From the NCBI RefSeq assembly GCF_006345805.1, contig NC_043007.1, forward strand, positions 53,568,001-53,632,000: DNA of 64,000 nucleotides, in the 5' to 3' direction. Made by a program: the position numbers and the translations under genes. The first letter of the stretch is position 1, and every line of letters begins with the position of its first letter. Of this stretch, positions 62,082-64,000 are shown piece after piece. This DNA is from Octopus sinensis (taxonomy: Eukaryota). Below the pieces are notes generated by a model. The model saw nothing but the letters and a program-made list of their open reading frames with translations, had not been told where the DNA came from and made no database searches.

Positions 62082-62770
62082 GATTTTCGTCCTAAAAAAC
62101 TTTGTATGGATTGAATGGTTACCTCTATGGAAATATATACATGCACATTATACATACATGTGTGTATAGATGAATATATAAATACATTTAAATATCTATA
62201 TACACTTTTGGGCGATCTTTCTTTTTCTTAGAGATAACTTTAGATCTTATTTTCATCCTAAAAAACTTTGTATGGAGTGAATGGTTACTTCTATGGAAAT
62301 ATATACACACACGTTATACATACATGTGTGCATAGATGAATATATAAATACATTTATATATCTATATACACTTTTGGGCGATCTTTCTGCTACTTAGAGA
62401 TAACTTTAGATCTTATTTTCGTCCTAAAAAACTTTGTGCGGAGTGAATGGTTACGTCTATGGAAATATATATACACACACATTATACATACATCTGTGTA
62501 TAGATGAATATATAAATACATTTAAATATCTATATACACTTTTGGGCGATCTTTCTGCTACTTGGATATACTTTGGATCTTATATTCGTCCTAAAAAACT
62601 TTGTGCGGAGTGAATGGTTATGTGTATGGAAATATATACACACACATTATACATACATCTGTGTATAGATGAATATATAAATACATTTAAATATCTATAT
62701 ACACTTTTGGGCGATCTTTCTGCTACTTGGATATACTTTAGATCTTATATTCGTCCTAAAAAACTTTGTA
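62082..62770. repeat. ~166-bp tandem satellite, about 4 copies
   Basis: cctaaaaaactttg at 62091, 62257, 62423, 62590 and 62755. Confidence 0.9.
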
Positions 62771-63029
62771 TGAATTGAAATTTTTAAGAAAGGAATTTGT
62801 TTACATACATGTCTGAAATGGCAAATGTTTGTGCAGTTGTCCGAAATGGAACCAGGGTAAATGTGTGGAACTGATGTATAATAATGAATAGTCCTTGTTG
62901 TTGTGAATAATAATTTGATGAATATGAACTGAAAACCAGTGGTGTAGCAAAAAGGATGACCAGTCTGACTGGCTCATCCGTGTCACACACTCACACACAT
63001 GCACACACACACACATACACGTTAGCTTA

Positions 63030-63686
63030 CAATTTTATTTATATATTTGCGTGTCTATGTGTGTAAAGAGGAAGTGGGAGTAATATGCAGAGTAAAGGCT
63101 TTGAAGTGAAATGGTAGTTTTCTCGAATTTTTTCTGAAATGGGGGTGAAATTGAAAGAAATTTTGTATGTCATGACCGAATGGAAGTACTTTGAAAAATC
63201 ATAGGTAAACTGTAATTGAAGAAATTGTGTGAGGAGTAAATCGTTATGTATTTATTTGTTTCTGTTTGCTGTGTTTTTTTTTTTGAGTAGTGGTTTAAGG
63301 TACACTTGCAAAGAGAAAGTATGAGAAATTATGGTGATAGCATGAGTGATCTATTTTATATAAATACTTTCACTTTAATTGTTGCACACTTGCAAAGAGA
63401 AAGGAGGAGAAATTAGGGTGATAGCATGAGTGAAGCAGTTCGCTCCGTTTTTGTGTGTGTATGCTGTAGCCCACACTAAGAAAAGCACTTCACTTACACA
63501 CCACAATGTGAGTTTTCTCGAAATTTTGCTTAATTGGGGTTGAAATTTGAAAAACTGTGCCTGGCACGACCCGATGTATTCTACTCTTAAAAATGCTAGG
63601 TAAATTGTAATTGAAGAAATCTTATATTGTAGATTTCTATAAGAGACAAAGGAAGGCAGATAAAATCTGCCTTTTATAATAAGAGA
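63030..63686 (-). mobile_element. Helitron-like 5' portion with diverged internal duplication
   Basis: tctcttattataaaaggcag start; no 3' CTAG found. Confidence 0.4.
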
Positions 63687-63715
63687 TTTATATATGTATG
63701 TATGTATATATATAT

Positions 63716-63997
63716 GTCTATGCCATGACATGCTTAGGATGTGGTAACCACTATATTGGATAAACAGGATTATCACTCCATCGAAGAACCACCATCCACA
63801 AAGAACAAATCCGCCACCCACAATACAGACAGTTACAGGTTAGTGAACACATAGAAAGGTGTGCTACAAATCTTAATCCTAATTTCCAAATTTTCCCCTT
63901 CTATCAATGTTCACAGAACACCTCAATGCAACAAAGATTGAATAAAAAGGCAATTTTCATCAATAAATATCTTCCCCAGCTAAATATGAACACATAA
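63716..63997 (+). pseudogene. GIY-YIG endonuclease remnant of a second Penelope-like lineage
   Basis: VYAMTCLGCGNHYIG*TG...R..IHKEQI..P.YR..VSEHI..C...FPF...FINKYLPQLN*. Confidence 0.75.
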
Positions 63998-64000
63998 CAT

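Overview
Eukaryotic, AT-rich, microsatellite-dense scaffold. The LINE and SINE families present suggest a cephalopod (Octopus-like) genome; this is inference from repeat style, not a database match. No intact host protein-coding gene, rRNA, true tRNA or CRISPR is recognisable. The window is almost entirely decayed and nested transposable elements: a Gypsy LTR element with a nested RTE; many RTE LINE fragments; tRNA-derived SINEs; about ten non-autonomous Helitron pieces, two carrying Pif1-helicase remnants; five mariner relics plus a MITE; Merlin-like and Chapaev-like DDE fragments; four Penelope-like pieces; and an R4/Dong LINE. The most interesting items are: (1) a 2,020-bp, TSD-flanked, ORF1-only (HAL1-like) retroelement inserted into a SINE head; (2) fold-back elements carrying hammerhead-ribozyme-like cores; (3) a stack of Helitrons forming a ~3-kb imperfect palindrome; (4) higher-order tandem expansion inside RTE 3' UTRs with a junction shared by two loci; (5) a twin-primed (5'-inverted) RTE. 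A few strong splice-site pairs and a CpG-rich patch near 3.6 kb hint at a host gene with very large introns, but this is unproven. There is a 100-N gap at 19890-19989.
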